Part shown: piece by piece, positions 61,518 through 64,000 of the stretch
Numbering within the stretch: the stretch's first letter is position 1
Layout: every line of letters begins with the position of its first letter
From: Sphaerodactylus townsendi
Taxonomy: Eukaryota
Length of the DNA: 64,000 nucleotides
Assembly (NCBI RefSeq): GCF_021028975.2
Contig: NC_059428.1
Span: forward strand, 62,806,001 to 62,870,000
Reading direction: 5' to 3'
Notes under the pieces: model-generated
Told to the model about the DNA's origin: nothing
The model's input: only the letters and a program-made list of their open reading frames with translations
Databases searched by the model: none
Translations under genes and position numbers: made by a program

Positions 61518-62044
61518 TCTATATATATAAAAATCTATCAGTGCGTTTTTCTGCTGACAGGTAATCTCCCAAACTACTGGACCGATTGCTTTAAAATTTT
61601 CACACAACGTCACATTCACGTGCGGCCAGGTTTCCATACTGTTTCCACACCTCCTGTTGTGTACATGTCACAACTGTCCCAGTTATTGTGTACATGCCAC
61701 ACCTGTGACAGTTGGAACCACAGTTCTGTTCCGCAACAGCGCCATCTGTTGGCCGTCAAAGCAACACCCTCTGATACAAGGGAACCAACCATGGCTTCCT
61801 TGAAAACCACTGCCTTATAGAGTGAAAAGGATGGGGCGGGCCATCTGCACATGGCCCACCCACCCTAGCAGAGGAAGGGGAACGTTAGGGAGGGACCGGC
61901 CGGGTTGCCATGCAAGGGAATGGGAGAGAGGGAGGGGGAGCGAGGGGAGGGGAGCGAGGGGCCCCTCGAACCGTTCGCTTCCCCTTTTCTTTCTTTTCCA
62001 CTTCACCAGACTCAGCCACAGCAACGCGTGACCGGGCCCGCTAA
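61518..62044 (+). mobile_element. Non-autonomous Helitron, same termini as 19284-21246
   Basis: A|TCTATATATATAAAAA start; GCCACAGCAACGCGTGAC hairpin then CCCGCTAA|T (CTRR) end. Confidence 0.8.
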
Positions 62045-64000
62045 TCTGTATATATTTGTCTCATATTTTAAGTTCCATATGAGAGTCAAGAAAAATTACT
62101 TACAGAAGAAAAGATACTGCTATTCTTTGAGTGTTCAAAATTACCTGCCCTGTGGTTTATAGTTGCATTTACCTGGGAGATTTCTGCTATATTAGAAAGT
62201 AACTTTTTGTTGTCTTTCCAAATTACTAAATTGCAGTAGAAAAGCAGGTTTTCAGATAAATGTTTATTTGCCTAGGAAGATCCAAATTGAACTGGCCAAT
62301 GATTTCAGTAGGTATGTTAGAGAAAGTCAAATACTTTTCATTTTATGAGCCTTTCTAAATTCCCATTTGTCAATTTCACTGAATTGTGAAAGGTTTAACA
62401 TTTAGTATTTTTCAGATACATTAATGTTTTGGAAGATGTAATGAAACTAATGAAACAATGGTTCACTGATAAAATGAATAGTATTTCCTGCTAATAATTT
62501 TAAAATAACACGTTCACAAGACTAATTTCTTTAGATTTAACACAAGAATGAAAAATTCAAAGCAGTCCTTGATAAATTAGAACTAATTTTTTTCAGCCTT
62601 CAGGGTTTCATATTTTTATGAACTCATTTTATGACGATTTCTCACAATGTTAATACTATAAGTGTCTTAGTACATAAATAAGAAGTAATTGGTTGTTATC
62701 ACCACAGTAAAAAGTCAAATCTTTAATCTAAATATAAATCACCCATTTTTGGAGAACAGCACAACTGTTAAATATGTATATCAAGTAGGACTCAAGGGGC
62801 TGTTAGGATCTCAGTGAAGCTATTCTCAAAATACTCTGTATTAGATACTCCCAAGATACTCTGTATTCCAGGGCTACAGCCTACTTAAGGTGCATTAATG
62901 TCGTATGAATCTTAAACTCTGTCTTTTCAAGTTAGAAATATTTTCCTAGACCCTAACAATGAGAATGGGGCAGAGTTTTCCAAACCTATCTGAATTACAG
63001 CCTCAGTCAGGGAGTAATTTAGAGGAATTTGACTAGCTGCAGGAAGCTTCTCCTCATTCTCATTGCTGGGACAGCCAGAGCTTTCCAAAGCTGCCCAAGT
63101 GGCTCCATTTGTGGCCAGGAAGGAGGTGTAGATACAAATTGCTGTGAGCAGAGCAGCCAATCTGAGATAAGAGATTTACTGTTATTACCATAATAACAAT
63201 TGTAACTTGGCAGCTGTCCCGTGGCATCTCAGCTGCATATGCCTTTTGTTTCTTTAATAATTTCCCATTTACCCAGTCATAAATCACCTATCTTTAGAGC
63301 ATTTTACTTTGCTGTGGAATAACTTGAGAGGCTGTTGTGGGTAGTAGGGCACATTTTGCATGGAGAACCTTCTAGATTCAGTATAATCACTTATCTTTAA
63401 GTGAATCTCAGATATCTGCCTGTGATTTTAGAGAGATTTTGCCAGTCAGAATAAAGAGTTCTGTGTTACATAAACCAGTGTTTTGCCTCAGTATAAGGTA
63501 GCTTCATGTATTTATTAAGGGAGTAGTCATTTCTTTTGGCTCCAGAAGAAAATCCATAATTAATCTTTCACATTTTCCTTTTGTTTTATATATTGTTATT
63601 TTAATAATGTAGGGTAACTTAAGGCTGAACAAGCAAAAGAGATGTTTTTTGTTTCCTAACTGAAACTCAGTTAAAGGGTGCTGCAAATTTACTGGAGCCA
63701 GGAGAGGAGACAAAGTGTTTAATTCTTTTCGTACAGGCCATTTTAATGTTAACACACACACATTCTTCTGTCCTACATGAAAGGGTAGGTTGAGGGAGAT
63801 ACTATATGTTTCTCCTGAGTGGGGAAACATTTCCAGGGGTTTTGGGAAAATGGCTCATAGAAATTAAGAACTACCCACTCCTCCCACTCTTGCTCCAGTC
63901 AAATTCACAGCTTTCTGGAAATGGACTTCAATAGAACAAACAAACCTTTTGAGGAAATGGTTCACATGTTTTGCTGAGTTTGGACTGTTTTACTGTGGAA

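Overview
Vertebrate (squamate reptile, most likely a gecko, judged from its repeat families) genomic DNA carrying the conserved syntenic block MRPL39(-) / JAM2(+) / ATP5PF=ATP5J(-) / GABPA(+), in the same order as human 21q21. I reconstructed exons by hand from splice sites and frame. MRPL39 coding exons 1-2 are present and the rest lies left of the window. JAM2 is complete (10 coding exons, 297 aa), as is ATP5PF (3 coding exons, 107 aa). GABPA has its first four coding exons here and continues to the right. ATP5PF and GABPA share a GC-rich bidirectional promoter. The most unusual object is a ~5.9 kb endogenous retrovirus inserted antisense in a GABPA intron (47927-53797), with two LTRs, a 6-bp TSD, a tRNA-Phe PBS and a PPT. 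It pairs a betaretrovirus-type gag-pro (MHR, two zinc knuckles, GGGAAAC slip site, dUTPase motif) with an alpharetrovirus/ASLV-type env, and has no recognisable RT/RNaseH/integrase. A Penelope-like element in JAM2 intron 1 carries an apparently intact minimal hammerhead ribozyme on the JAM2 sense strand. Non-autonomous Helitrons, SPIN- and OC1-like hAT MITEs, CORE/5S/Sauria SINEs and CR1/L2 fragments fill the introns. There is one 189-N gap. All homology calls come from remembered family motifs, not from database searches.
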